In this document: positions 63,987-64,000 of the stretch, in pieces
Layout: every line of letters starts with the position of its first letter
Position numbering within the stretch: position 1 is the stretch's first letter
Notes under the pieces: generated by a model
Told to the model about the DNA's origin: nothing
The model's database searches: none
Seen by the model: only the letters and a program-made list of their open reading frames with translations
Position numbers and translations under genes: made by a program
Virus record (IMG/VR): IMGVR_UViG_3300017992_000017
Span: 33,418 to 97,417 of that record
Length of the DNA stretch: 64,000 nt
Source: a virus
Lineage: Duplodnaviria > Heunggongvirae > Uroviricota > Caudoviricetes
Reading direction: 5' to 3' (one strand)

Positions 63987-64000
63987 AGAAGCGTCGGGGC

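Overview
GC-rich 64-kb segment that reads like part of a large phage or phage-like integrative element; no virion structural genes are visible in this window.

- **Left ~14 kb (+ strand), DNA metabolism:** Dcm-type C5 cytosine methyltransferase plus Vsr, a beta-clamp-like protein, and a family-A DNA polymerase with fused UDG-family-4-like and 3'-5' exonuclease domains. These are followed by a gp32-like SSB, a RecA/UvsX-like recombinase, SbcD/SbcC (T4 gp47/gp46-like) and an Hjc-like resolvase.
- **~15.3-30.4 kb (+ strand), glycan-biosynthesis island:** the biosynthetic core is a NeuB-like nonulosonate synthase and two CMP-sugar-type cytidylyltransferases (one fused to a HAD phosphatase). Transferases include a GT29-like and a GT42/DUF115-like sialyltransferase homolog, two GT2, two tandem GT32-like paralogs and a GT4-like enzyme. 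Also present are a cupin, a radical-SAM/SPASM protein and an Stf0-like sulfotransferase. The island is interrupted by an N6A beta-class DNA methyltransferase, a dCMP-deaminase-like protein, a Pol-beta-type nucleotidyltransferase and two tandem ECF-like sigma factors.
- **31.06 kb:** a tRNA-Thr(UGU).
- **33.7-54.9 kb (mostly - strand):** small hypotheticals, an XRE/Cro-like HTH regulator and metallophosphoesterases. An IS110 C-terminal-domain-like protein is flanked by iteron-like ~57-bp repeat arrays. Two paralogous proteins carry different in-frame short tandem repeats. The block also holds an ArdA antirestriction protein and several intergenic tandem-repeat families.
- **55.7-62.4 kb (+ strand):** a SpoU-class RNA methyltransferase, a Thg1-like tRNA 3'-5' nucleotidyltransferase and a tyrosine integrase with a canonical sigma70-type promoter.

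Most exciting candidate: the phage-borne sialic-acid-like glycosylation island that includes a eukaryotic-type (GT29) sialyltransferase homolog.
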